Shown here in pieces: positions 1 to 10,671 of a stretch of 33,514 nt of DNA. Position 1 is the stretch's first letter; each line of letters begins with the position of its first letter. The notes beneath the pieces are model-generated. The model did not search any database. It was given only the letters and a program-made list of their open reading frames with translations, and had not been told where the DNA came from. The DNA is from Nemertoderma westbladi. Its lineage: Eukaryota > Animalia > Xenacoelomorpha. The stretch lies in assembly GCA_032718475.1 (NCBI GenBank), contig JAUCBJ010008141.1, positions 1 through 33,514 of the forward strand, given 5' to 3'. The position numbers and the translations under genes were made by a program.

Positions 1-6
1 CTGGAT

Positions 7-903
7 ATGGCAAGCAAAATCAGCATGAGCGAGTTTAAGCGTTTGAGTGCAACCCAACAGAAACGCATACCGAAGGACGAGCTCATCAACATGATGAACA
101 TCACGACCGATATTCTAAGTGATGATGAAACTCCTACCAGTAATAACATTAACACTACGACGATGCTGAATTTGTCACAGATGTTGCCTGTTGAAAATCC
201 GGCCAATAACATACAAACAGTTGGGAACATGACTCTCGCGGAGCTCACCAAGGCAATTTCCGACAGGGTTGTAAAAGGGGTTCGTGATGAAATCACAAGC
301 CTACGAAACGAGATCTCAACGTTGCAGAATGATTCGAAAACTCTGGCTACCAAGGTAGCCTCGCTAGAAGCGACTAATAACGACTTGGCCCATAAAAACC
401 AAGCTCTAGAAACGACAGTTAACAACTTAACTACTTATATGGCGAAGGAGGATCGAAACAAAAGGATGCGTCGAATGATTGTTACTGGCGTCCCGGAGGG
501 ATCAATGGAGGTAGAAAGCCAAGCGCAAACGGATGACGATCACCTTAAGCTATGTTATCTCCTACAAACCGTCATGAATTGCCCAGTTCAATCCTTCAAC
601 TTTCAACGCATTGGTAAACCTGGAAGTAACGCGCGTCCAATCCTGGTGGAATTCAAAAACCCAGAGGCCCGTAACAAAACGTTGGGAAGAGCAAAGGAGC
701 TCAAGAACGTTGGAAACAACCTCCGGGTTTATATGAACGCAGACCAAACGAAGACGGAACGCGCCGAATCGTTTAGAATCAGGAAGAAGGCACGCGAACT
801 TCGCAATCAAAATCCACAGGATAGAGTCCGGATATACAAAGGGAAATTACTGCTAAACGATGTGGAAGTTGATAATATCAAGTCCGCAACGCAGGTTTTT
901 TAA
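7..903 (+). CDS. LINE ORF1 protein (coiled coil plus L1-ORF1/Transposase_22-like RRM region)
   Basis: Heptad coiled coil (EITSLRNEISTLQND...LEATNNDLAHKNQALETTVNNL), followed by R.RMIVTGVPE, RIGK...RPILVEF, VYMNADQT..ER and I.KGKL..ND motifs typical of invertebrate LINE ORF1p. Lies directly upstream of an APE-RT ORF. Confidence 0.88.
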   Translation: MASKISMSEFKRLSATQQKRIPKDELINMMNITTDILSDDETPTSNNINTTTMLNLSQMLPVENPANNIQTVGNMTLAELTKAISDRVVKGVRDEITSLRNEISTLQNDSKTLATKVASLEATNNDLAHKNQALETTVNNLTTYMAKEDRNKRMRRMIVTGVPEGSMEVESQAQTDDDHLKLCYLLQTVMNCPVQSFNFQRIGKPGSNARPILVEFKNPEARNKTLGRAKELKNVGNNLRVYMNADQTKTERAESFRIRKKARELRNQNPQDRVRIYKGKLLLNDVEVDNIKSATQVF

Positions 904-3900
904 ATTGTAGGTTCGCTGGCATCTCTAGGATTTCGATTACTTTCTGGAACATTAATGGACTATATCATATTTTAGATAGCAGAATAAGCACTAGTAGAAC
1001 TACACGGTGGTTACAGAAGTTTGACCTTGTATTCCTTAGTGAAACTCATCTCACCGAGGGACAACAATTACTAACAAATGGATTTCATAGCATACACCAC
1101 CCATATACATTACCTACTCGATCTCCTCGAGGTGGTGTCACCGTTTTAATGACTGATGATATGAAAAAACTATTGGTATCTATCGATTCTTCAAACCCGG
1201 ATATTATTGTATGTAAGTTTGCCGATGTTTGGATAGCTGGAATATACGTGCCCCCATCTGAATCCCGCTACTTTAGCATGGACAATTTTGCATGTATGTC
1301 TAATATAATTAATGAGGCGAACCTGAAAGGATATGCTTTAATCATAGGTGGCGATCTCAACTCCCGAGTTGGAAAACCCCGTACAAATATACCAGCCACA
1401 GATTATTCTAGAAATCCAGATAGCATCATAAACTCTCATGGAAATATTTTACTAGACACTCTGGACGGAACAGATAGTGCTATTCTTAACAATCTCCAAT
1501 ATGGTAAACTGGTGTGTGATGGAAATTTCACCTTCTCCCGTGGTGGAAAAAAGTCTCAAGTTGATCTCGCGATTGTCAATAATGCAGCACTGAATAATGT
1601 TGAGAGCTTTTCAGTGATAAATACTCCCACTCCTTCTGATCACAGCCCTATTACGCTGGATTATTCGTTGTATGACAACAGTATATTCGCCGCTAAATCG
1701 TGTTCAATTGACATAAACACCACTATGGGGATTTCTAACAGCAGAACGAAACGATTCGTTTCAAGTGAAATAAACTGGGGTCTATATAAAACGTTAATGG
1801 AAGGAAAAATTTCAACCATCCCTTCTGTCACTCCCGACTCAATCGACTCAACAGTGAATTCTATCGAGTCACTCGTCACATCTTGTGCATCAATCTCGAA
1901 AGTACCGAGACAACATAGACAGACAGAGTTAAAACAAACAGAACATTTACCAGTTGTTAATGATACCGCTCTACACAATACTAATGTCTCCCAAATATGG
2001 TTATCGTTGATTGAGCAAAATGATTCTAAAGAACTGTGGAGAAAGCTTAATTGGAAGGGTAAACTGGACACCAAAAAATGTACAGCCGAAGATGCACCGT
2101 CAGCAGAAGTTATTGCTAATCACTTAGCAACAAAGTGTGATACTGGCAGGGACGATGATGACATTCGCCTGGCTACGCAAGGTTACACAAATTTCATCCC
2201 AGAATTAGATGGACATATTGATGCTGAAGAAGTTCAGGAGGCTCTAAATAAACTAAAAAAACAAATCAAGTGCCGATGGATGGTGTCCACAGATGCTACA
2301 AAATGCGCCGTATACATTAATTCTTATCATTGTCATGCTATTTAATTGTATATTTGTTAATGCCTCATACCCAACTAGATGGATGACGTCACACATATGC
2401 GCCATATTCAAGAAAGGTGCATCCTACCTACCGAAGAACTACCGCCCAATTACGCTGATATATCTGTTATCTAAACTCTATGACTTCATTATATGTAAGC
2501 GTCTTACGAAATGGTTCCAACCAGCCGAGGAACAAACTGCGTATCAAACAAAACGTAGCTGTGCAGATAACGTTTTTATAGTGAGAATTCTAATTGAAAT
2601 TGCAAAGAAACGCTCATCCAAATTATACATTATATTCCTTGATTATGAAGGTGCCTTTGACCGAATTTCCCGATCAATATTAATAAAAAAACTAATGGTT
2701 ATTGGTATTGGGTCTGTCATGTTGGCCGCGATCGCAGCAATGTACCACCTATCTAAAGGAGTAGTGTTTTTCAATAATGACTTCTCCAGCGAGTTCCAAT
2801 TGAAATCTGGCATAAAACAAGGTGCGGCCAGTTCTGTAATATTATTCCTAGTGTACGTTAATGACTTGATTAAGTACATCAAAGAAGTTATTGGGACTGA
2901 TGGATTCTTAGAGTTGATACACACCCTGGCACACGCTGACGATACGATTATCCTAGCTACGAGTCGTGATATGGCCACAAAGAAACTGCAGGCAGTATGC
3001 ACTTACTGCACTCGAAATGCAATAACTATGCAACCGTCTAAATGCGAATTTATATGCATAAATTCTAGAACAGATGAAGACACCCATCCACTGCCATTGC
3101 TCGATGGCGTCATTAAATGCACCGATAAGTACAGATATCTTGGCACCATTATAACAAACACCGGTAGTGTGACCAATGATATTGAAGTGCAGCGACGTGA
3201 CAGTTTTAAGAATTACATCAAATTCACGAACTTTCTACGTGAGAATTTCCTTCTACCGTTCCGAATAAAGGAACGAGTTTTAGAATCCTGTGTCATTAGC
3301 AGTGTTCTGTATAACTGTGAAGTATTTGGAGACGCAAAAATGGGTAAATTTCAAAGTGATTACGAGTATGCTCTGAAATCTCTTGTGGGAGTGAGGACGA
3401 CTACACCGTCCAAGCTTATTTATTGCGAATTAAGTACGATGGCTGATATCAACACAACCATTCAAAAGAGACAAAAAGCTTTCTGGCTCCGTGTTCGGAA
3501 TAGTGAAAACCAACCGATACTAAATAAATTAATAAATGACGCTATAGACATGAAAATTCCGTATGTTTGTCACTATAAATCTCTAGAAAATAAAGAAATT
3601 ACTACAAACAACTTTTTAGACGGTGTGCGTATATATGTTCAAACGCAAGCAAATAACTCTCAGCCAAATAAGGGGACTAAGTTCAGAACATATCTAAAGT
3701 TCAATCCGACATTAACAAGAAGCCCTCTTTTAAATGACAACGTATGGAGCACAGCGCACAAAAAGTGCCTCCAGTTTAGACTTGGCTCTCATTGTCTACA
3801 AGTTGAACTCGGGCGCTGGCGTTCGGTACCCAGACAGCTACGCTTCTGCAACCTATGCCCTACGGAGATAGATGATGAAGAGCACCATATGTTTCGATGC

Positions 3901-4002
3901 GCTGGCACAAATTATGGTCACAATATTACTGGAAGTTTTAATAATATCACATCTCTGTACAAGGACACAGAGGCTGTTTTGTCTTTTTGGCGGTTAATGT
4001 AA
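876..4002 (+). pseudogene. LINE ORF2 (APE endonuclease, reverse transcriptase, C-terminal CCHC knuckle), split by one frameshift at 2255-2261
   Basis: The frame is open from 876. APE motifs: ITFWNINGL (936), LVFLSETH, RGGV, GIYVPP, GGDLNSR, SQVDLAIV, SDHSPI. After the A7 frameshift: KSSADG, NYRPITL, FLDYEGAFD, GIKQG, HADD, YRYLG and C-x2-C-x8-H-x4-C (CNLC..EEH.MFRC). Confidence 0.92.
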
Positions 4003-4445
4003 TTAACATGTAAAAACTTCGCTATTTGATTGCAATTTCGTTGTAATGTTATTTATTTATAACACCAAATACTGTACTCACGTAAATTAACATTGTTCTA
4101 CCCTAATTAATTTAATCTATCTTAATGTTATCTTCGTACAGATGAATGTATGTTTACCTGAATACGTTTATAAGTAAATGTGAACCTTTTTGGACTAAAT
4201 GCCTGCGAACCGCTATTTATATTTTGTTTATTGTTATATATTATTCCATTTTAGTCAATAATATAATCTAATCTAATCTAATCTATAAAGGTATTGTCCA
4301 ACATAATATATAGGATTACCCCTAAAGCTTTGCAGCTTATTTCCATGGGGGTCCTTTATGTTACTTGGTTACAAATACAATATTACACTACACTAACCTA
4401 AAACCAATATAAAACGTAATTACACTATGTACATGTACAACAATT

Positions 4446-4749
4446 GCGGCACCAACGATCTGGAACTCCCTCCCGCAAGAAGTTAGAGATGCCACGACGT
4501 TGACTCTGTTTAAATCGCGACTCAAAACTCACCTGTACAAAGAGGAATATTGCTGATTTTTATTTAATATTGTTCAAACTTTTTTACTTAGTAATTAATT
4601 CACTGTAAGTAGCCTGGTGTTTTTTTTTAGCTCGCAGTTTTTTAGAACGCAGTTTTATAAAGTTTTTTAGTTGGTTTCAATTAGTTTTTTAAGCGCCTTG
4701 AAATATGTTCAGAAAGGCGCTATATAAATATATATTATTATTATTATTA
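4446..4749 (+). mobile_element. 3' terminal fragment of an L2/CR1-group LINE
   Basis: Translates to AAPTIWNSLPQEVRDATTLTLFKSRLKTHLYKEEYC*, the classic L2/CR1 ORF2 C-terminus. Followed by a 3' stem-loop AGCGCCTT(4692-4699)...AAGGCGCT(4714-4721), TATATAAAT and a (TAT)n tail. Confidence 0.85.
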
Positions 4750-4797
4750 ACTTTACCGAGAGCGTGACAATGCTCGACTCAACGATAAAGATGTAAT

Positions 4798-4816
4798 GAT
4801 AGATAGATAGATAGAT
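4798..4816. repeat. (GATA)n microsatellite
   Basis: gatagatagatagatagat. Confidence 0.8.
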
Positions 4817-5088
4817 TTATTTATACATTATTGATTATTAATAAAGGGTTAGATTATGTAGTATGTATACTGTAGGTATATACAAAATGTAAGTCTTTGA
4901 ATTTAATACGCTATCTAATTGACACTAAATCATGCTATTAGCAGCTGGTGTAATTAAATTGGTCATTACGACGCTGCCTTTAGTTAATCGTGTACATCAA
5001 TAATCATCGGATATGGAAATAAAATATATTTTGCATCACAGTGGTGACAAGTCAACAATCCCTGTCATTTTGGAATTACTTTTGTTAG

Positions 5089-5394
5089 AATATTGGCTGC
5101 ATTGGATGGAACAGCTTTCTGCCAATATATTGTGCATCGGTCCCTCATAACTGCTGCCGTCCCAACAGTAATTGGGGTTGTGGGTCGATAATCGTTGCTA
5201 GGACAATGAGTCAGGGTATAAACTGTTGGATGACGAACAAACACTCAGACCACTGGCTGACTCCGTTCCATAAGGACGTAGTACTCCGCAATGCAACCAT
5301 CATTATATGCGATAGTCAACCGCCGTACCCCTTGTGGGTGGCTGGCCAGATGTGCCTAGAGGCTAAAAATGATGGTTGGTATATCAATTATTGA
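5089..5394 (+). other. Possible Cys/Trp-rich coding exon (unassigned)
   Basis: Acceptor-like ttacttttgttag is followed by 101 open codons (NIGCIGWNSFLPIYCASVPHNCCRPNSNWGCG...), with a possible donor G|GTTGGT near 5374. No homology recognised. Confidence 0.25.
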
Positions 5395-5607
5395 TTCAAT
5401 CTTTATTGCTGGGTGCTGCAATCCTTGCCTTGCTGCGGTATATTCGCAAAGCCAATCAATATCCTGTTTTGGTTTATTGTGGGCATTTCAGATGAAATGT
5501 AAATTCTGTGTCTCGGGGTTTTGCATTTTTGACTAGCTACAGAAGTGTATCATGCTCATTGTGCTAACTTACTTATGGATCAGTCATGACCACAAAGAGC
5601 ACGAGGT

Positions 5608-6046
5608 GTGACTTGGTGGTATAAAGTATAGGACACTTAGAGAATGAGATGTGACTTGGTGGTATAAAGTATAGGACACTTAGAGAATGAGATGTGACTT
5701 GGTGGTATAAAGTATAGGACACGAAGAGACACCCCATGTGAAGAATACCAGGATTTCACTTTTCGGTGACTTTTTATTGGAATTTTATATATGAAGATTT
5801 TTTATTTTTTTAATTTATCTTTATTAAGTGTTTTATAGCGCTTATTTCTGTCTTATAACTTGTACATATACTAATTCGTGTATTGTTTTGGTTAGATTCA
5901 GCCCTTCCGTAACCTGTGTTTTTGGTGAAAACCTGGTATTCTTCACATGGGGGTAACTGCAAAGTGAAATATAACGGCAGAATGTCTGGTATTCTTCACA
6001 TGGGCCCGGAGAGAATAAGATGTGACTTGGTGGTATAAAGTATAGG
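5608..6046. repeat. 43-bp tandem repeat (~2.7 copies plus 1 partial copy) interrupted by a MITE-like insert
   Basis: Unit TGTGACTTGGTGGTATAAAGTATAGGACACTTAGAGAATGAGA at 5608-5722; the repeat resumes at ~6010-6046. Confidence 0.85.
5732..6006. mobile_element. MITE-like non-autonomous DNA transposon
   Basis: CCCCATGTGAAGAATACCAGGATTTCAC (5732-5759) is inverted at 5925-5952 (27/28 match). A second inverted copy of the core lies at ~5987-6004. Interior is AT-rich and non-coding. Confidence 0.7.
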
Positions 6047-7392
6047 CCTACGATCGTTCGCATATGTTACAACATTGTGTAGCCTAACTGTACTGAATAC
6101 CGGTATATGTAGCTGTGACGGTTCGTGGTGATTGCTATGCCATTAGAATTCTCCTGTTGGTACGTTAAGAAATCCCTGAGGATCGGTTCTCATTATGTTG
6201 CTCTTGGCAAGCTGTCTCTTTAAGTAAGGCATAGGAAGGGGCTGACTACCTTCTCATTCTACAAAATTAGGTTAAGTTTTAGCATTGATCCTATCGGGAA
6301 AAGGTTAATTACATTTCTAGCTATTCTCCCAAAACCAACCTATATTTCATTCAGTCCATTTGCTTCGGAGAATAATTACTATAGGCGAGATTAACTTACA
6401 GGGTGGTTAGTCGCTTCATGTGAATTCGTGAAGAGTTCGATTGTTAGAATAATGGCAAGATAATTCAATACCACAAGGCGATACTCCCAATATCAGTTAA
6501 TAATGAAGACATTTTATATATTACATTCTCATTCGTTTTAGGAGTGAAGACATTAACACAAACATGATGTGCAATAAAGAATTTTGTGATGCGGGAATTT
6601 CATTGTGTAGTCAGACGGTTGTTGTTATGGGAAATAATATTAAATCCCAAATGCAATGTATCTGATATTTTATAGGTTAATAGCTTTATTATCAATCGAA
6701 GTCAAAGAATAAAAACACTTAAATTTATTTTGGCCAAGCAGGCGTGGCGTTCTTCAAACTACTCTTAAATCTGCAATCCAATTTGCAGAATTATTGTCCG
6801 CACTTTGTATTGTATATTAATGGTGTACCGCACCGGAAAGGCCATTACCGTTGAAGCACAACTCGATGATACAGCGAGCAACCCGACCGAGCCTCACAAC
6901 ACAACCTCCCCTCGCATCGGGTACGCAGGTTCCACTCCGCCAGCAAATAAAAAGAAATTTATTAGCAACTGATTGACATTGTGAGATGGCTCACAAATCA
7001 ATAACATTATGTCGGGGGGTGGGGGGTTGTTGCATAGAATAGCAGTGGGGATAGCAATGTTTCCTGGCCAGCTTGCTTCTTTGATCCTGCGAATGGGACA
7101 GAGTACCTCGGGGAGGATTGCGATTGTCGACTGTCTCAGATCGATACTTACATACTGGCAACACACCTGTGTGAATTATTGTCATTTCCTATGCTTAATG
7201 AGCAGGTGATACTGTATAAGCTTATCTTTCAACTTGATTTATCTGTTGTTTTGATGTTATAAAATCGTCTCCACAGAGATGTCATTTTATGAATATTTAA
7301 AACTGTATTTTGTTTCGTAAACTGCTTTACTTATAAAAAAACGTTTGTTCGAAATGATACGGGGACATCAATAAAACAAATAACATAAACAA

Positions 7393-7487
7393 ACAAAACT
7401 ACAAAAGAAAGCAAATTAAATATAAGAGACATGCCCCCCCCCCCCCCATGTCTCTTATATTTAATTTGCTTTCTTTTGTAGTTTTGT
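7393..7487. repeat. Perfect 41-bp inverted repeat with a C13 loop, followed by a poly-G tract
   Basis: ACAAAACTACAAAAGAAAGCAAATTAAATATAAGAGACATG (7393-7433), then C13, then the exact reverse complement (7447-7487). Confidence 0.92.
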
Positions 7488-9332
7488 GGGTGGGGGGGGG
7501 GGGGGGGTACTTCAAGCGAAATAAAAGTTTTTAAATTCAAACGAAATCTAAAATCCTAAAAATAACCCTATTATTCCCAAACCAACACCCAGAATGAAAA
7601 GTACTGTTTTGAGAAAAAATGGCGCTAACTTTAATTTAAAATTATAATGTTATTGGTTCCAATTTATTTCTTAATTGAAAAATTAAGGAAACATTATATA
7701 ATATGTTCAAGTTTATTTGGGATATAATGTTGGTTGTTGGCGTTGAGTATAACTTATGAATACAATTATATTTATTTCAACTGCATTGGGGTGCGAGGGG
7801 GGGTGGGGGGGGGGGGGGGGGGGGTGGTACATCGGTACAATGTCATGGGTAACGATAGATATGCCAGGGAGCTGTTGAATGTAAAATAATTCGTATTTGA
7901 TCGGCTTTCGCAAAAGGTTACTGTAAACCCAGTCGGCCTACAGTTCCAAAGTGCCAAATTTCTTGTGACAATCGCCCAGATAAAATCACATTGTCTGTTT
8001 TCATAAACGCCAACCTTATCTAAATAAACTCTGCTGGTGAATGGTAATTAAATTAGGACTGACGCAGTTCTCCGCAAGCTGGCCGCAGTCCTTATCGCAC
8101 GAGGACGCTTTAAACTTAAAGGTTGATTCGCTGATAAGCGAGGAAACTTTCCTACGAATCATTACCATTGCAAATGAAATTAAAGCAACGGGTTGGTCAT
8201 CACGAATTCATCGGATAGGCTCTCTACAGTTCCCCGTTCGCATACCAAATAGGCACCAGATGGCCTGTATAGCGCCGTGTTCGAGGGCTGGATTAGCGCA
8301 GATACCCGCAGCCGAGAGTGAGTAGGTTACTGCTATAAATCACTTTGCTTGCCGCTCCAACCCCCCCTATGCTGAGCAATAGAGCTTAGCCAAATGGTAT
8401 TAGCCAACGCCCCTCTGTAAAGCGAGATTGACCCGCCAGCAAAGTGATCCACTTCACTAAAATCATTAGCTTCTTGGATAAAGTGTTATTTTTTCCTGCG
8501 GAGGTAGTTATTAGCCCATTGTTGCGGTGTCACTCCCTGCCACATGGTCCTACAATCAGGATTATCAACTTTAAAGTCGCTTCAATCAATTATTAAATCC
8601 CCGCCTTCCCGGCGTAACATTTCGCTAAATTTTAGTTCCTTTGACCGAGTTAGCAGGGAGTATAGATTCCCTCCAATAGGCACTATACTAAAGTGATCAA
8701 TCATGTTTTCAATCAAGATCGTGTGCAGACGATTGTATGGATTAGGAAATTTTGATTATACCAACATGAAAGCCTTAACTTCAAAGTTTATTAAGCGGGT
8801 TGTTTATGTGGTACGTGAACGGGATTAGTGCGTCATGAACCCGAGTAATGACTACGATTTGCAACTTCCTAAATCTCGCCTGTCATCGGCATTGTATCAA
8901 TATTACATTGTATTTATTATTATATACGGCACGTGCACCTACCAATTACATGTATCCCTAGTCGCAAGGTATATATAGCACAGGGGGAATATTAACTATT
9001 ATCGCGCATTTGAACATATTTACGTCAAAGAGAATTAGATCAACATCACATTATAATGACTGACATTTTTTATTTACACAACTCGACAGTGACATCATGA
9101 ATGGAACTCTGCGGTTTATAATTATTAGTTATTTGAGAAGACAAGAAATTCCATCCTAACGGCTAATCAGCTAATTAGCTAGTCGCCAAGACGCTAACTA
9201 TAGCGACAATAAGATGGAAGTTAGAGTTCGGCTCAACCAATGTTTCGTTATTTCACCATGTAATTGTACTACCGTGTAGATATGGTGGTATGGCCCAACT
9301 GAATTAAATGGACATTATGCTAAATACGTTAA

Positions 9333-10146
9333 CCGCACTGCGTTGTGCGCAACAGTGCAGATGTCATCCGCACCACCATACGGTAGCCGCACTGGGTTGT
9401 GCACAACAGTGCAGATGTCCTCCACACCACAATACGGTAGCCGCACTGGTTTGTGCACAACAGTGCAGATGTCATCCGCACCACCATACGGTAGCCGCAC
9501 TGGGTTGTGCACAACAGTGCAGATGTCCTCCACACCACAATACGGTAGCCGCACTGGTTTGTGCACAACAGTGCAGATGTCCTCCGCACCACAATACGGT
9601 AGCCGCACTGGGTTGTGCACAACAGTGCAGATGTCCTCCACACCACAATACGGTAGCCGCACTGGGTTGTGCACAACATTGCAGATGTCCTCCACACCAC
9701 AATACGGTAGCCGCACTGGGTTGTGCGCAACAGGGCAGATGTCCTCCACACCACAATACGGTAGCCGCACTGGGTTGTGCACAACAGTGCAGATGTCCTC
9801 CACACCACAATACGGTAGCCGCACTGGGTTGTGCACAACATTGCAGATGTCCTCCACACCACAATACGGTAGCCGCACTGGTTTGTGCACAACATTGCAG
9901 ATGTCCTCCACACCACAATACGGTAGCCGCACTGGGTTGTGCGCAACAGGGCAGATGTCCTCCACACCACAATGCGGTAGCCGCACTGGGTTGTGCGCAA
10001 CAGTGCAGATGTCCTCCACACCACAATACGGTAGCCGCACTGGGTTGTGCACAACAGTGCAGATGTCCTCCACACCACAATGCGGTAGCCGCACTGGGTT
10101 GTGCGCAACAGTGCAGATGTCATCCGCACCACAATACGGTAGCCGC
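9333..10146. repeat. 54-bp minisatellite, ~15 copies, palindromic unit
   Basis: Unit CGGTAGCCGCACTGGGTTGTGCACAACAGTGCAGATGTCCTCCACACCACAATA, containing the palindrome GTTGTGCACAAC flanked by GCACT/AGTGC. Confidence 0.95.
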
Positions 10147-10489
10147 CTTGATCTTTTTTCACATCTCGGCCATTTCTACCACTCCATCTCTACCATTCTC
10201 TAATTTTCTAAAGCCCACATTTTTTTAAATCAATGGATTTATAATTTAATTGGTAGAAGAATAAAAAACTTTTCCGTAAATATACAACTATCACTTGGAA
10301 CTTTGTGTGCTTGGGTGGAACTAGTTCCCTCAACCACCCCCCCCCCCCCCCCCCATCCTCCCTTGGAATTAGACAGATTTTTATAATTTTATTGAACAGT
10401 TTGTTAATTAACTATTATTGAGCAAAATTTGAAATATTTTTGTCAATTAAATATCATATATATATATAATAATATTTATATCTGTTTAG

Positions 10490-10671
10490 GAGTTCTACTT
10501 GTTACTATTTTGATCAAACAAAGATCATTGAGGAAACCATTGGAATCTGGTGACAGTAACTGTGAAACTGTAAACCTACAGACAATGGTGGATCTTCCTG
10601 GTAGTCCGCGTACTATGGGTCGCGATGGGGGTAGCAGACCCCCTGCCTATGGGTACAACACCAAATTATAA
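10490..10671 (+). CDS. Candidate terminal coding exon of a membrane protein (end of TM segment plus cytoplasmic tail)
   Basis: Acceptor tctgtttag| in phase 1. Peptide (G)VLLVTILI-KQRSLRK...RPPAYGYNTKL* has a hydrophobic stretch, a basic stop-transfer cluster, PPxY and a class I PDZ-ligand-like T-K-L end. Followed by AT-rich sequence with two AATAAA at ~11617-11631. Confidence 0.55.

Larger units (their letters stand above)
7..4285 (+). mobile_element. Near full-length two-ORF non-LTR retrotransposon (LINE; APE-type, RTE-X or CR1/L2-group-like, clade not resolved)
   Basis: ORF1 (7-903), then an APE-RT-CCHC ORF2 (876-4002), an AT-rich 3' UTR of ~260 bp and a (TAATC)4 microsatellite tail at 4264-4283. 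The 5' UTR lies outside the window. Confidence 0.93.

Noticed and set aside
562-3002. Antisense ORFs within the LINE (562-810, 1661-2074, 2643-3002), and similar ones within the RTEs
   Set aside because: Shadow frames of real coding sequence with no motifs of their own.
7796-7824. Long poly-G tract (also poly-C at 10337-10354) and the Pro/Gly-run ORFs they create
   Set aside because: Simple homopolymers; their lengths are unreliable and the peptides are artefactual.
6840-8900. GC-richer unique sequence with short ORFs (6894-7209, 8041-8325); possible enhancers
   Set aside because: No recognisable protein motifs or convincing splice pairs; regulatory function cannot be supported without conservation data.
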